Counted from the first letter of the stretch, positions 1-11,171 are shown. The stretch: DNA of 64,000 bases from Patescibacteria group bacterium (GCA_049325535.1 JBMOKY010000001.1:557942-621941), one strand, 5' to 3'. Program-made: numbers and translations. The notes: generated by a model not told the origin, from the sequence alone.

Positions 1-33
1 GTAACCGAAGGTTTAGTTAGGCTAAATAACATT

Positions 34-1989
34 ATGAAAAAGCCCACTCGCAATTTTGTCAGCAATAAGGATATTTTTAAGCACGCATCACGAAAACGTA
101 GAAAAAAGACACTATGGTACTGCTTGAGTGCGGTCGCCCTTTTACTCATCATTATTGGCGGACTGATTGCGGCGTATTGGCAACCGGCAAAAGAGGTCAT
201 GGCATATGGGACTGCGGGTAAAGACGGATTTATCGAGGCGCAAGAATTACTCCTGTCGCAGGATTTTAGTGCAGCTGAAACAGAACTTCACGGAGCGATA
301 GAGGATTTTCAGTCCGCACAAAAAACATTTTCCAAATTCCTTTGGTTGAAATATCTTCCCGTGCTGGGCACCCAAATAAAAGCAATCGATAATTTACTTT
401 CTGTAGGAGTGGCTACCGGTCAGTCGATATCGGAGGTATCCGTTGTTGCTGCGTCGATAGTCGAACCACTGAAGCAAGACGAAGAAATTAGCCTGGCTAC
501 ACTAAGTGAAGAACAGACGCATCAGCTACTTGAAGACATTTATAATTCGAAACCAAAATTAGAAGCGGCCAAAGTCTCGATAGACCGGGCGGTTTCGTTC
601 GTCGATCAAATTCCTGATCGGGGTCTCATAAAAAAAATTAGTGAAATTATTGATCCACTCAAAGATCAGGTCCCTCGACTCCAGACCGGCCTAGACCAGG
701 CAATTTCAATAAGCCAAATGTTACCGCTTGTCGTCGGCTATCCCGAAATGAAAACCTACTTATTTCTTCTGGAAAATAATGCTGAATTAGCCCCCTCGGG
801 TGGCTTTATCGGGACATATGGAATACTGAAAATTTCAGATGGCGATATAATATCGTTTGAAACTGATAATGTCTACAACCTCGATGAACCAGCGGAAGAA
901 TGGCTGGATGTCGACGCGCCATGGCCGGTCGCCCGCTATAATGCTGCTCCAAAACTTTTTCTCCGTGGAGCCAGCTGGTCACCTGATTTTCCCACAACCG
1001 GTCAGTCAGCTCAATGGTTTTACCGTGAAGAACGAGGTCCTGAAAAAAACATTGATGGTACCATTGCCATTACGCCAACGTTTATCCAGTCTTTACTAAC
1101 CCTCACTGGTGAAATTACGGTTGACGGTCTCACATTTACTACAGAAAACTTTACCGATGTATTACAGGATCAGGTTTCACGCGGATTCCTGCGCGAGGGT
1201 ATTCCGCTTTCGGAACGGAAAGAAATTATCGGCGTTCTGTCAGATAAAATTTTAGATAGCGTTTTATCATTGCCAAAGAGTCGCTGGCCTGAGCTATGGA
1301 AAATTATTTCACAAAACATCAAAGAAAAGCACATTTTGGTCTATGCCAATGATGACTATGTCCAAAGCATGATTCTCAAGGAAAATTGGGGAGGAGAAAT
1401 CCAGCAAGTCAATCATGATTACCTGGCGGTTATTGACGCGAATCTCGCGAGCCTGAAAACAGACCCAGTTGTTGATCGCCATATTGACTATCAGCTCCAG
1501 CGTGACGGAAAAAATATTATTGCTGACGTATCCATCACCTACACAAATACAGGGACTATTACCTGGAAAACTACTCGGTACCGTACCTATACCCGCGTAT
1601 TTGTTCCAGAAGGTTCTACATTGCTCGTATCCGAAGGAACTATGGTAGACTGCAAGAATGGTGAAAAAGGGGGAGTGGAAACACTCACCGAACACGGTAA
1701 AACCTCATTTGGCGCCTTTATCTGTATTGAGCCGGGAGAAACTAAGACGCTGCATTATAAATACCATTTACCAGGTAGAATTTATGACCAGCTGAGTGAG
1801 GGAAACTATAGCGTTTTGGTACAGAAGCAGGCGGGTGCCGCCAATCATTCCACTTCATTTTCAATCAATTTAGAGAAACGGATTCTGGATGTGGAAGGGC
1901 TTGACATAGAGCCGACAATAACGGATACTACAGTTTCATTTTCACCAGTGCTTTCCGAGGATCGAACGGTGAATATTAGCTTTGAATAA
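34..1989 (+). CDS. DUF4012-family membrane-anchored protein
   Basis: N-terminal TM helix; motifs 'YLFLLENNAELAPSGGFIG', 'WSPDFP', 'YRTYTRVFVPEGS' resemble DUF4012 proteins. Confidence 0.8.
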   Translation: MKKPTRNFVSNKDIFKHASRKRRKKTLWYCLSAVALLLIIIGGLIAAYWQPAKEVMAYGTAGKDGFIEAQELLLSQDFSAAETELHGAIEDFQSAQKTFSKFLWLKYLPVLGTQIKAIDNLLSVGVATGQSISEVSVVAASIVEPLKQDEEISLATLSEEQTHQLLEDIYNSKPKLEAAKVSIDRAVSFVDQIPDRGLIKKISEIIDPLKDQVPRLQTGLDQAISISQMLPLVVGYPEMKTYLFLLENNAELAPSGGFIGTYGILKISDGDIISFETDNVYNLDEPAEEWLDVDAPWPVARYNAAPKLFLRGASWSPDFPTTGQSAQWFYREERGPEKNIDGTIAITPTFIQSLLTLTGEITVDGLTFTTENFTDVLQDQVSRGFLREGIPLSERKEIIGVLSDKILDSVLSLPKSRWPELWKIISQNIKEKHILVYANDDYVQSMILKENWGGEIQQVNHDYLAVIDANLASLKTDPVVDRHIDYQLQRDGKNIIADVSITYTNTGTITWKTTRYRTYTRVFVPEGSTLLVSEGTMVDCKNGEKGGVETLTEHGKTSFGAFICIEPGETKTLHYKYHLPGRIYDQLSEGNYSVLVQKQAGAANHSTSFSINLEKRILDVEGLDIEPTITDTTVSFSPVLSEDRTVNISFE

Positions 1990-2000
1990 TCGTCCGTATC

Positions 2001-3008
2001 ATGCTTTCTCGAAAATTAGCTATCGATTTAGGCACCACGTCCTCCCTCGTTCACATTCCCGGGAAGGGGATTGTGATTAATGAGCCGTCTGTGGTGGCTA
2101 TATCATTGACCGATAAAAAAGTGATGGCAGTCGGCTTAGAGGCTAAGGAAATGCTTGGCCGGACCCCTGACACTATTGTGGCATCACGGCCGCTGAAGGA
2201 TGGCGTTATTGCCGACTACCGGACAACTGAAGCGATGATTAAGTACTTCATCAATAAAGCACTTGGCGGTGTTCGTTTTTTTCGTCCAGAAGTCATGATC
2301 GCTGTCCCAGCTGGTATTACCTCCACTGAACGGCGCGCGGTAATCGAAGCTACGTTGCAGGCTGGTGCCAAGGCGGCCTACATTATCAAAGAACCCGTGG
2401 CCGCGGCAATCGGCGCCAATATCCCGATCGGATCCGCCTCGGGACATATGATCGTGGACATGGGCGGTGGCACGTCTGAGGTTGCCGTCATCTCACTCGG
2501 TGGTATCGTAGCCAATGCGTCAGTCCGCATCGGGGGAACAAAACTGGACGCTGCGATTCAGGAGTTTATTCGAAGAAAATACAATCTGGCCATCGGGGAG
2601 CGTACAGCCGAAGATCTGAAGATTCAGATCGGCTCCGCGCTTCCACTCGAAGACACGATGTATATGGAAATACGGGGCAGGGATTCGATCCAAGGCTTGC
2701 CAAAAACAGTCACCGTAGAGAGTAATGACGTGACTGAAGCAATTCAAGATGAGCTGAATGGTATGATACAGGCGATAAAATCCGTGCTACAAAATACACC
2801 TCCCGAATTATCCGCGGACATCATGGATAAGGGTATGGTATTGTCAGGCGGTACGGCGCAGCTGAGGAATCTAGATAAACTATTTTCGCAGGCGATTGGA
2901 ATACCAGCCTATGTCGCGGATGAACCACAACTTTGTGTAGCCAAAGGAACTGGCGTGGCACTGGAGAATTTGGATTCATACAAGAAAAGCATTTTGGCCA
3001 CCAAATAA
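2001..3008 (+). CDS. mreB: Rod shape-determining protein MreB/Mbl (paralogue 1)
   Basis: Actin-like motifs 'IDLGT', 'RPLKDGVIAD', 'DMGGGTSE', 'LSGG'. Confidence 0.93.
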   Translation: MLSRKLAIDLGTTSSLVHIPGKGIVINEPSVVAISLTDKKVMAVGLEAKEMLGRTPDTIVASRPLKDGVIADYRTTEAMIKYFINKALGGVRFFRPEVMIAVPAGITSTERRAVIEATLQAGAKAAYIIKEPVAAAIGANIPIGSASGHMIVDMGGGTSEVAVISLGGIVANASVRIGGTKLDAAIQEFIRRKYNLAIGERTAEDLKIQIGSALPLEDTMYMEIRGRDSIQGLPKTVTVESNDVTEAIQDELNGMIQAIKSVLQNTPPELSADIMDKGMVLSGGTAQLRNLDKLFSQAIGIPAYVADEPQLCVAKGTGVALENLDSYKKSILATK

Positions 3009-4193
3009 ATGGTCATTGGTATCGATGCATCTCGGGCGAATCTCGAAGCACGGACTGGCACCGAATGGTACGCTTTTCACATGATTCGAGGACTAATCCG
3101 GAACGCACATCAGCGCTATCAATTTGTGCTATACACAAAATCACCCCTCCGTGAAGATTGGGGGCCGATGCCATCTTCGGTTACGGTGAAAATTTTGCGC
3201 TGGCCACCGGGATTTTTCTGGACTCAGCTGCGGTTGGCCTGGGAAATGCTGTGGCATTTACCTGATCTTTTATTCGTTCCCGCTCATACGATACCACTCG
3301 TGACCCCGCGCCGAACCATTACCACACTGCACGACGTTGGTTTTGAACATTTTAGTAAACTATACGGCCAGCAAACGATTGGTCCGAGGTGGCTCTCTCC
3401 GCTTGTACGGTTGGTGACGTGGGGACGATATAGTTCATCCGAGCTTGATTACCATCGATGGTCTGCACGTCTTGCGATTCGGAAAGCGCTTCGCATCATT
3501 ACAGTTTCAGAATTTTCAAAACGTGAGATAATAAAGACGCTCCGCGCGGTCCCCGCATCAATTCAAGTCATTCCCTGCGGATATAACATGGAGTATCATC
3601 AGAACTATGATCCTGAGGCAATAAGTGGGGTACGCATGAAATACGGCCTTCCTAAAACATACTTTTTGTTCATCGGGCGAATTGAGCAAAAGAAGAATAT
3701 AGGCGTTATGCTGGAAGCGTATTTTCGGTACCGATCGACTGGCGGTACCTTCGATTTTGCATTTGCCGGCAGTCCAGGCTATGGGTATGAAAAATTCAAA
3801 CAGATGATTCAGCATTCATCGTATGAGTCATCAATTCATAATTTGGGTTGGGTGCCCACGGAAGATTTGCCGCTGCTCATGAACGGATCTGGGGCATTTA
3901 TTTTTGTTACCTCGTATGAGGGATTCGGAATCCCAGTGCTGGAGGCCATGGCCTGTGGAACGCCAGTACTGACCGCTCAGGATCACGCTACAGCCGAGAT
4001 AGCGGGTGATGCGGCGCTGACAGTACCAAGTGCTGACCCAGCGGCTATTGCATGGGGAATGCATGAAATTTCAGAAAATCAGCAACTTCGAGAGATGTTG
4101 AAAAAACGCGGGCTACAGCATGTCACAAAATTCAGCTGGGAGTTTTCAAGCGAGTTACTTACTCAGTGTGTCGATGACTCTAATAAACTCTGA
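3009..4193 (+). CDS. Glycosyltransferase family 4 (GT-B)
   Basis: 'FIGRIEQKKN', 'YEGFGIPVLEAMACGTPV'. Confidence 0.92.
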   Translation: MVIGIDASRANLEARTGTEWYAFHMIRGLIRNAHQRYQFVLYTKSPLREDWGPMPSSVTVKILRWPPGFFWTQLRLAWEMLWHLPDLLFVPAHTIPLVTPRRTITTLHDVGFEHFSKLYGQQTIGPRWLSPLVRLVTWGRYSSSELDYHRWSARLAIRKALRIITVSEFSKREIIKTLRAVPASIQVIPCGYNMEYHQNYDPEAISGVRMKYGLPKTYFLFIGRIEQKKNIGVMLEAYFRYRSTGGTFDFAFAGSPGYGYEKFKQMIQHSSYESSIHNLGWVPTEDLPLLMNGSGAFIFVTSYEGFGIPVLEAMACGTPVLTAQDHATAEIAGDAALTVPSADPAAIAWGMHEISENQQLREMLKKRGLQHVTKFSWEFSSELLTQCVDDSNKL

Positions 4194-4250
4194 TAAGACT
4201 TGCCAAAATAGCATTTTTGTGTTACTTTGTGGTATACTGGAATCCTATTT

Positions 4251-5237
4251 ATGGCACGAAAAAAACAGACATCGGTTAAAAGTAAAGCGCAGATGACTGA
4301 ATTTGGGATAATCGGTAATGAAGCAGCCCAGATACGTGTCCGCCAACTCCTAAGCTCAACCAAGGATGAAAAATCTGGTCACGCAGCGATCGTCAGCGGA
4401 CCTTCGGGAATCGGAAAACGCTCAGTGATCATATCCGCGATGTCCCAAATACTCCATAGCGATAGGAGAGTCGGCAGCCATCCAGATGTAATCATACTCA
4501 CCCCAGAACCCGATCACCAGATAATCAGAATAGATCAAATTCGGACACTGCAAAGCAGAATCTCCGTACGACCTATTGCGTCTCCTACATACGTCATTAT
4601 CGTAGACGATGCAGGCCAGATGACTGAGGAAGCAAACAATGGATTGTTAAAACTTTTAGAAGAACCGCCGGCACCATCGTTATTCTTTCTACTCTCTACA
4701 AACCCTGACGCACTTCCAAAAACTATCCACTCTCGATGCGAACATATACGAATGCTGCCGGTGCCTACGGGTGAAATAGAGACATACCTCAAAGATCAAA
4801 AAGTTTCTCCAGCCTCGGCGAAAGTTTTGGCGCATGTGGCGCTTGGCTGTCCCGGCATCGCCCTCTCCATGGCGCGTGATAATGAATTGCTTGAATCGCA
4901 TAAGAATACCGCCAGAGACATAACGCGGCTTATGGCCGCCCCAATCCACGAACGTTTCACTGTCATTGAGTCGTTGATACCGCCAAAGACTCCGGCGGCC
5001 ACGGCAGGCGCCATTCTCGAACAATGGACAGCAATTGCCCGAGATATGTTGCTGCTCCGTTTGGGAATCAGGGATATTCAGCACGTATATATCGAATCAA
5101 CATTACATACTCTTGCGTCCGCCGTATCGACGTCGTCGCTTATTACCATGATCAATACACTTTTTTTGTCACGGAGGAGGATTGAGTCAAATATCTCCCC
5201 CCGACTCCTGTTTGAAGATTTAGCTATGTGCGCCTAG
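4251..5237 (+). CDS. holB: DNA polymerase III delta' subunit
   Basis: 'GPSGIGK', 'HPD', 'NGLLKLLEEPP', 'TIHSRC'; ATG 4251 preferred, downstream of a TTGCCA/TACTTT promoter candidate. Confidence 0.88.
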   Translation: MARKKQTSVKSKAQMTEFGIIGNEAAQIRVRQLLSSTKDEKSGHAAIVSGPSGIGKRSVIISAMSQILHSDRRVGSHPDVIILTPEPDHQIIRIDQIRTLQSRISVRPIASPTYVIIVDDAGQMTEEANNGLLKLLEEPPAPSLFFLLSTNPDALPKTIHSRCEHIRMLPVPTGEIETYLKDQKVSPASAKVLAHVALGCPGIALSMARDNELLESHKNTARDITRLMAAPIHERFTVIESLIPPKTPAATAGAILEQWTAIARDMLLLRLGIRDIQHVYIESTLHTLASAVSTSSLITMINTLFLSRRRIESNISPRLLFEDLAMCA

Positions 5238-5245
5238 TCGCTATT

Positions 5246-6301
5246 ATGAAAAAACGATACTCAATTTTATTCATACTCGCTATCGCCATGCTCAGCATCG
5301 GCGCTACGGGCTGCAATATTAAAACAAAAGATACTCAAACTGACGGCGGTTTTTTTGCTTCCACTGACTTCGGTGAAAACTGGAAACAAAAGGTTTTCGT
5401 ATCACAAGAGAAAAGTGGCGTTCGAACGATTTCGAGTGTCGGTACCGAAAAAATGGTATTTGACCCCAATGACGCCCGGATACTCTACCTCCTAACGACC
5501 GGTTCCGGAATATATAAAACAATAAATAAAGGCGAGCAATGGTATGCAACTGGCTTAGCCAGCGGCACTTATGTGGATTTATCCATTGACCATCGTAACT
5601 CCAATGTTTTGTATGTGACTCAAGGAACGAAAATACTCAAAAGTGTAGACGCGGGTAAGACATGGCATGATATATATATTGAAACCCGAGCAGGGCAAAA
5701 ACTTGTCGCCGTGGCCGTCACTCCCGAGCACCCTGATACGGTATATGCAGCGTCGACGTCGAGCATGCTCAAAAGCACTGACTACGGAAATACCTGGAAG
5801 CTGCTCGAATGGAAAGAACCTTTGATAAAAAAAATCTTCATCAGTGAAAAAAATGTAAATACCCTGTTTGCGCTTACCACTGCTGGCTTATTTAAATCAG
5901 CCGATGCGGCAGCCACGTGGACGGATATTACCATCGCGCTCAAACAGTTCAAAGGCGCCCGGTCTATCGCCTGGATTGATTTTAACCCTACAACTGAACG
6001 AATACTACTCGGTACATCGTATGGCATTTTGCGGAGCACTGACGTCGGACAAAATTGGACGGAAATACCCACCTTATTCGATTTTAAAAAAGTAACCATC
6101 TCCACGGTGATTGAGCACCCGGATAATCCCGATCGGATTCTCTTTGCTACCAAAAATATCATCCAGAAGACGATTGACGGGGGACGCACCTGGAAAACAC
6201 TCAAAACGGTTCCAACCGGACGAACGATTAACTTTCTTATCAACGACCCCGAGACGCCTGACTCGGTATATCTCGGGACTAAGTTACCACCGCAAAAATA
6301 A
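5246..6301 (+). CDS. BNR/Asp-box repeat beta-propeller lipoprotein (YCF48/sortilin-like)
   Basis: Signal peptide ending ATGC; multiple 'S/T-x-D-x-G-x-T/N-W' Asp-boxes. Confidence 0.8.
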   Translation: MKKRYSILFILAIAMLSIGATGCNIKTKDTQTDGGFFASTDFGENWKQKVFVSQEKSGVRTISSVGTEKMVFDPNDARILYLLTTGSGIYKTINKGEQWYATGLASGTYVDLSIDHRNSNVLYVTQGTKILKSVDAGKTWHDIYIETRAGQKLVAVAVTPEHPDTVYAASTSSMLKSTDYGNTWKLLEWKEPLIKKIFISEKNVNTLFALTTAGLFKSADAAATWTDITIALKQFKGARSIAWIDFNPTTERILLGTSYGILRSTDVGQNWTEIPTLFDFKKVTISTVIEHPDNPDRILFATKNIIQKTIDGGRTWKTLKTVPTGRTINFLINDPETPDSVYLGTKLPPQK

Positions 6302-6311
6302 TATACTACTT

Positions 6312-6863
6312 ATGAGTATTATCACAGAAAAAAAACATCTTTTTGACGAGGCAATTGTGCACCTTAAGGATGAATTGGCAAATGTCCGTACTGGCCGAGC
6401 TAATCCTGAATTAGTAGAACAAATTAAGGCGGATTATTATGGCACACCGACTCCTCTCATCCAGCTCGGTTCAATCAGCACACCCGATTCCCATTCCATA
6501 CTTATCCAGCCGTGGGACCAGAATGCGCTGAAGGACATAGAAAAAGCTATCAGAGCTTCGGAGCTTGGTTTTAACCCCGTCAATGAAGGCCATCAGATAC
6601 GGATACCGATACCCGCTCTCACGGAAGAACGCCGAAAAGAATTGGTTAAACTCATGCAAGAAAAGCTCGAAGCAACCCGGGTGCGCATTCGTGGAGTTCG
6701 TGAGGACATGTGGCGCGACATAAAAGAACAAAAAAATTCGGGCTCAATAACTGAGGACGATCTGTATCTCCTACAGAAAGAATTGCAGAAAGAAACCGAC
6801 AACTATAATGCAATGGTGAAAGATATAGGCGAGCAAAAAGAAAGTGAAATTATGACGATATAA
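6312..6863 (+). CDS. frr: Ribosome recycling factor
   Basis: 'RTGRANP', 'IQPWD', 'LTEERRKELVK'; start trimmed to ATG 6312. Confidence 0.95.
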   Translation: MSIITEKKHLFDEAIVHLKDELANVRTGRANPELVEQIKADYYGTPTPLIQLGSISTPDSHSILIQPWDQNALKDIEKAIRASELGFNPVNEGHQIRIPIPALTEERRKELVKLMQEKLEATRVRIRGVREDMWRDIKEQKNSGSITEDDLYLLQKELQKETDNYNAMVKDIGEQKESEIMTI

Positions 6864-6867
6864 TACA

Positions 6868-8043
6868 ATGGTAAGCACCATCATTCTTTTCATTGTTATT
6901 CTTGGGTTACTAGTTTTTGTACATGAACTCGGGCATTTTGCGTTAGCCCGCCGCATGCGCATGGGAGTGGATGAATTTGGATTCGGTTTTCCGCCACGCG
7001 CTTTTGGAGCATGGAAAAACAAGCAAACGGGTAAGTGGGATTTTATATATGGTACGCGAGGACTTTCTGAAGAACAGCGCGGTGCCCATGGGACGATATA
7101 CTCGATGAACTGGTTGCCACTCGGGGGATTTGTGAAAATAAAAGGGGAGCAAGGCGATCAAGCCAAGGATCCCGACAGTTTTGCGTACCAGCGTCCATGG
7201 CGTCGCGCCCTTGTTCTGGGCGCTGGGGTGATGATGAACATGCTATTTGCATTTCTGCTGATATCCATAGGTTTTGGACTTGGTCTGCCGACTGTCATCA
7301 ATGACTCTGTGTCATCACAGGCGACGGTGATCGACAAAAGAGTACAAATAGTTGACGTGGAACCCGGCACGCCGGCTGAATCAGCCGGTTTGCAACCGGG
7401 TGATGTCATAACATCAGTGGATGGCGAATCAGTAATCTCAGTGGAACAATTTCAAACATATACTCGGCCCCGCCTCGACACCACAATGAGCGTCACTTAC
7501 ACACGGGGAAATGACGTCGGCGTTGCTACCATTACTCCCCAGGCACTCTATGAGGAGGACGAGGGGGCTATCGGTATCGCACTGGCACTGACTGGCTTTG
7601 TTCGGTATCCGTGGTATCAGGCCATATGGATGGGCGCACAAACTACCATATCGGTTACCTGGCAGATACTTTCGAGTTTTGGACAATTAATCGGCTCAGC
7701 ATTTGGCGGAGAAAAAACGAATATAGACGTGGCCGGGCCAGTTGGAGTGGCCGCACTAACTGGACAAATTGCCAAACTTGGGTTTATATATATACTCCAA
7801 TTCGCCGCTCTACTTTCAATAAATCTAGCGATAATCAACGCGGTGCCGTTTCCTGCCCTCGACGGTGGCCGCCTCCTATTTCTGCTTATCGAGAAAATCA
7901 GAAATAAGGCACTCAACCAGCGGGTAGAAGCCGCTATACATAATATTGGGTTTATCATTTTGATAGTGCTCGTGCTGGCTGTAACGGTAAAAGACATATC
8001 TCGCTTTACCGGAATTTTTGAAGGGATAAAGAATATTTTCTAA
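6868..8043 (+). CDS. rseP: RIP metalloprotease RseP (M50, PDZ)
   Basis: 'HELGH', 'LPLGGFVK', PDZ segment, 'PFPALDGG'. Confidence 0.95.
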   Translation: MVSTIILFIVILGLLVFVHELGHFALARRMRMGVDEFGFGFPPRAFGAWKNKQTGKWDFIYGTRGLSEEQRGAHGTIYSMNWLPLGGFVKIKGEQGDQAKDPDSFAYQRPWRRALVLGAGVMMNMLFAFLLISIGFGLGLPTVINDSVSSQATVIDKRVQIVDVEPGTPAESAGLQPGDVITSVDGESVISVEQFQTYTRPRLDTTMSVTYTRGNDVGVATITPQALYEEDEGAIGIALALTGFVRYPWYQAIWMGAQTTISVTWQILSSFGQLIGSAFGGEKTNIDVAGPVGVAALTGQIAKLGFIYILQFAALLSINLAIINAVPFPALDGGRLLFLLIEKIRNKALNQRVEAAIHNIGFIILIVLVLAVTVKDISRFTGIFEGIKNIF

Positions 8044-8045
8044 CC

Positions 8046-9287
8046 ATGGAACAATCCACTCTGTTTCCAAAAACGCAGCATACCCCGCCTCGTGATGAAA
8101 TATCGCGTAATGCCCAGTTACTCGAGCGAGCAGGGTATGTCAGCAAACTATTTGCCGGTGTATATACATACCTACCTTTGGGGTGGAAGGTGCTGAAAAA
8201 TGTTGAACGAATAATTCGTGAGGAAATGAATGCAATTGGCGGCCAAGAATTATTCATGCCCGCGCTGCATCCCATCGAAAACTATCAAACAACGGGCAGA
8301 GATTCTATTGATGTACTTTTTCACCTCACGCTCGCTAATGAAAAAAAACTTGTCCTTGGCCAAAGTCATGAAGAAATAATTGTCCCATTGGTCAAAAAGT
8401 ATATTAAATCCCATAAGGATTTGCCGCTGTACCTGTACCAGATACAAACAAAGTTTCGGAATGAACTCAGGGCTAAATCTGGCATACTCCGTGGACGGGA
8501 GTTTATCATGAAAGATTTATACTCGTTTCACCAGTCGACTGAAGATTTTGAAGAATACTATGCCCGTGCCGCAGCGGCTTATCGTTTGATTTTTGCACGA
8601 GCAGGCATCGGACCGATGACATACTATACCTACGCATCAGGTGGCACTTTTTCTGAATTTTCGCATGAATTCCAGACGGTTACTCCGGCGGGGGAGGATA
8701 TCATACATCGCTGCGAGAAATGTTCCATAGCCATCAATGACGAAATTATCAAAACACAACCCACCTGCCCTCAGTGCGGATCAGCATCTCTCAAAACGGA
8801 AAAAGCAATTGAAGTCGGGAACATATTTCCACTGTTGACAAAGTTTTCAGATCCGTTCGGATTACAATTCACCGATGCCGATGGTTCACTCAAACCGGTC
8901 ATCATGGGTTGTTATGGTATCGGTCTCGGGCGATTGATGGGTACGGTAGCGGAAGTTCATAGCACGGAGACTGGTCTCCGTTGGCCGGCAGCGATTACGC
9001 CTTTTCAAGTGCATGTACTCGGACTGGGTAAGCACGATGACATACGAAAAAAAACGAAAATATTCAGTGACCATTTAGAGAATTCCACCATTAGTGTGTT
9101 GAGCGACGACCGCGATATTTCAGCGGGAAGCAAATTTGCCGATGCCGACCTCATCGGCATACCGGTCAGAGCAGTTATCTCAGAAAAAAACGGCGCTCAG
9201 GTGGAATTACGATGCGGTCATGATGCGCAACCAGAACTCGTATCGACCCAACATGCAGTTAATCGGATAAAAGATTTTTACGCATGA
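8046..9287 (+). CDS. proS: Proline--tRNA ligase (short form without INS editing domain)
   Basis: 'FRNELRAKSGILRGREFIMKDLYSFH', 'MGCYGIG', anticodon domain 'DADLIGIP'. Confidence 0.93.
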   Translation: MEQSTLFPKTQHTPPRDEISRNAQLLERAGYVSKLFAGVYTYLPLGWKVLKNVERIIREEMNAIGGQELFMPALHPIENYQTTGRDSIDVLFHLTLANEKKLVLGQSHEEIIVPLVKKYIKSHKDLPLYLYQIQTKFRNELRAKSGILRGREFIMKDLYSFHQSTEDFEEYYARAAAAYRLIFARAGIGPMTYYTYASGGTFSEFSHEFQTVTPAGEDIIHRCEKCSIAINDEIIKTQPTCPQCGSASLKTEKAIEVGNIFPLLTKFSDPFGLQFTDADGSLKPVIMGCYGIGLGRLMGTVAEVHSTETGLRWPAAITPFQVHVLGLGKHDDIRKKTKIFSDHLENSTISVLSDDRDISAGSKFADADLIGIPVRAVISEKNGAQVELRCGHDAQPELVSTQHAVNRIKDFYA

Positions 9288-10345
9288 GTATTTTTGATAA
9301 TATATTAGGACGGTTTTCAAAAGACATGGGTATTGATTTGGGTACCGCAAATACCTTAGTATACGTTCGAGAGAAAGGCATTGTTATCAACGAGCCTTCG
9401 GTGGTGGCCATCAACACCCGTAATGACCAAATATTGGCGGTTGGAGAAGAGGCGCAAAAAATGATAGGTAAAACTCCGGCACATATCGTGGCATCCCGCC
9501 CCCTAGTCGATGGCGTTATATCGGATTTCGAGGTAACCGAAAAAATGCTAAAGTATTTTATTGACAAAGTTCACCGAGAAAGTTTTTCGATACTACCGCG
9601 ACCCCGTATTGTTATTGGTATTCCTTTGGGTGTTACGGAAGTGGAACGCAAGGCCGTCGAGGACGCGTGTTTGAATGCTGGTGCTCGTGAGGCATTTCTC
9701 ATCGAGGAGCCTGTCGCATCTGCGATCGGTGCTCGTTTGCCTATTCAGGACGCTTCCGGAAATATGATTGTCGATATCGGTGGCGGGACTACAGAAATTG
9801 CCGTCATATCACTCGGCGGCGTCGTCACCTGGAAGTCGCTGAGGGTAGCTGGCGATGAACTCGACCAAAACATTATTCAATACGCTCGGGATCACTTCAA
9901 CCTCCTTTTAGGGGAACGAACCGCCGAACAAATAAAGATTCAAATTGGGTCGGCATTAGCTTCCGATGAACCAGCGGAAACGACGATGCGTGGTCGTGAT
10001 CTCATAACCGGTTTGCCGAAAGAGGTCACGATAAATAGTAACCATATCCGCGAAGCCATCAATCGGTCTCTTCGCCAAATCATAGAGGGCGTCAAAAGTA
10101 CCATAGAAATTACGCCTCCAGAGCTCGTTGCCGACATATATGAGCGAGGAGTAATATTAGCCGGCGGCGGTGCGTTGCTCCGGGGGCTTGATGAGTTGCT
10201 CCGACAGGAGACAAAGATCCCTGTCCATATTACCGACGATCCTTTGACGTCAGTTGCGCGCGGAGCTGGAATAGTACTTGACGACTTAGAAAACTTAAAG
10301 GAGGTACTGTCCGACGATACAGGATCAAACGTGCTGAGCGACTAA
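9284..10345 (+). CDS. mreB: Rod shape-determining protein MreB (operonic copy)
   Basis: 'DLGTANTL', 'DIGGGTTE'; directly upstream of mreC. Confidence 0.96.
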   Translation: MSIFDNILGRFSKDMGIDLGTANTLVYVREKGIVINEPSVVAINTRNDQILAVGEEAQKMIGKTPAHIVASRPLVDGVISDFEVTEKMLKYFIDKVHRESFSILPRPRIVIGIPLGVTEVERKAVEDACLNAGAREAFLIEEPVASAIGARLPIQDASGNMIVDIGGGTTEIAVISLGGVVTWKSLRVAGDELDQNIIQYARDHFNLLLGERTAEQIKIQIGSALASDEPAETTMRGRDLITGLPKEVTINSNHIREAINRSLRQIIEGVKSTIEITPPELVADIYERGVILAGGGALLRGLDELLRQETKIPVHITDDPLTSVARGAGIVLDDLENLKEVLSDDTGSNVLSD

Positions 10346-10349
10346 GCCT

Positions 10350-11171
10350 ATGAAGAAGTTTTTACAGACCCGATTTGGCGTCATCAGCCTTACTGCGGCC
10401 GGTATTGTGCTCCTGATTGCCGCGCAACGCATTGGAATTTTACGACCGATAGAAAACGTATTTACCACAGTCTTTGAACCGGTGCAAAGTTTCTTTACAG
10501 CCGTATCTCAAAACGCAAAGGGTCTTGCCGGTTATTTCAATGATGTAAAATCACTTCGCGAAGAAAATGAACGTCTACAGGAGGAAGTAGCCGCGCTTAC
10601 CGGAAAAAATCTTGCACTTGAAAATTCACTTGATGACGCGGGAATTATTCGGGCTGAACTTGATTTTGTAAATTCTATCCAATATGAATCAGTTCCGGCA
10701 AAGATTATTGGACGAAGTTCCGACGAATTTTTACAGTCAGTTATTATTAATAAAGGTGACCGAGACGGAATTCAAAATGGATACCCGGTCATTAGTGGTT
10801 CGGGCGTGCTGATCGGAAAAATTATTGATACAAATAGTTCAATTGCTAAGGTTTTATTACTCAATGATAACCAAAGCCAAGTCAGCGGGATCATTCAAAA
10901 TGAAGCCAAAAGCCCCGGCATTGTCAAGGGTCAATTTGGCATATCGTTAGTTATGCAACTCATACCACAGGGCGATTCCGTAAGCCAGGGCTCCGTGGTG
11001 ACGACGTCCGGACTTGAAGAATCGATACCCGCGGACCTGCTGATTGGCCGTATCGGTGAAGTTCGGAAAATAGAAGGGGAGCTATTTCAGGAAACAACTA
11101 TCGAACCCCTTGTCGAGTACAATACCATGCGCATCGTAACCGTAATACTCCCATTCAATGATCAAGAATAG
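10350..11171 (+). CDS. mreC: Rod shape-determining protein MreC
   Basis: TM plus coiled coil 'LREENERL', 'INKGDRDGI', 'TTSGL'; operon context. Confidence 0.93.
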   Translation: MKKFLQTRFGVISLTAAGIVLLIAAQRIGILRPIENVFTTVFEPVQSFFTAVSQNAKGLAGYFNDVKSLREENERLQEEVAALTGKNLALENSLDDAGIIRAELDFVNSIQYESVPAKIIGRSSDEFLQSVIINKGDRDGIQNGYPVISGSGVLIGKIIDTNSSIAKVLLLNDNQSQVSGIIQNEAKSPGIVKGQFGISLVMQLIPQGDSVSQGSVVTTSGLEESIPADLLIGRIGEVRKIEGELFQETTIEPLVEYNTMRIVTVILPFNDQE

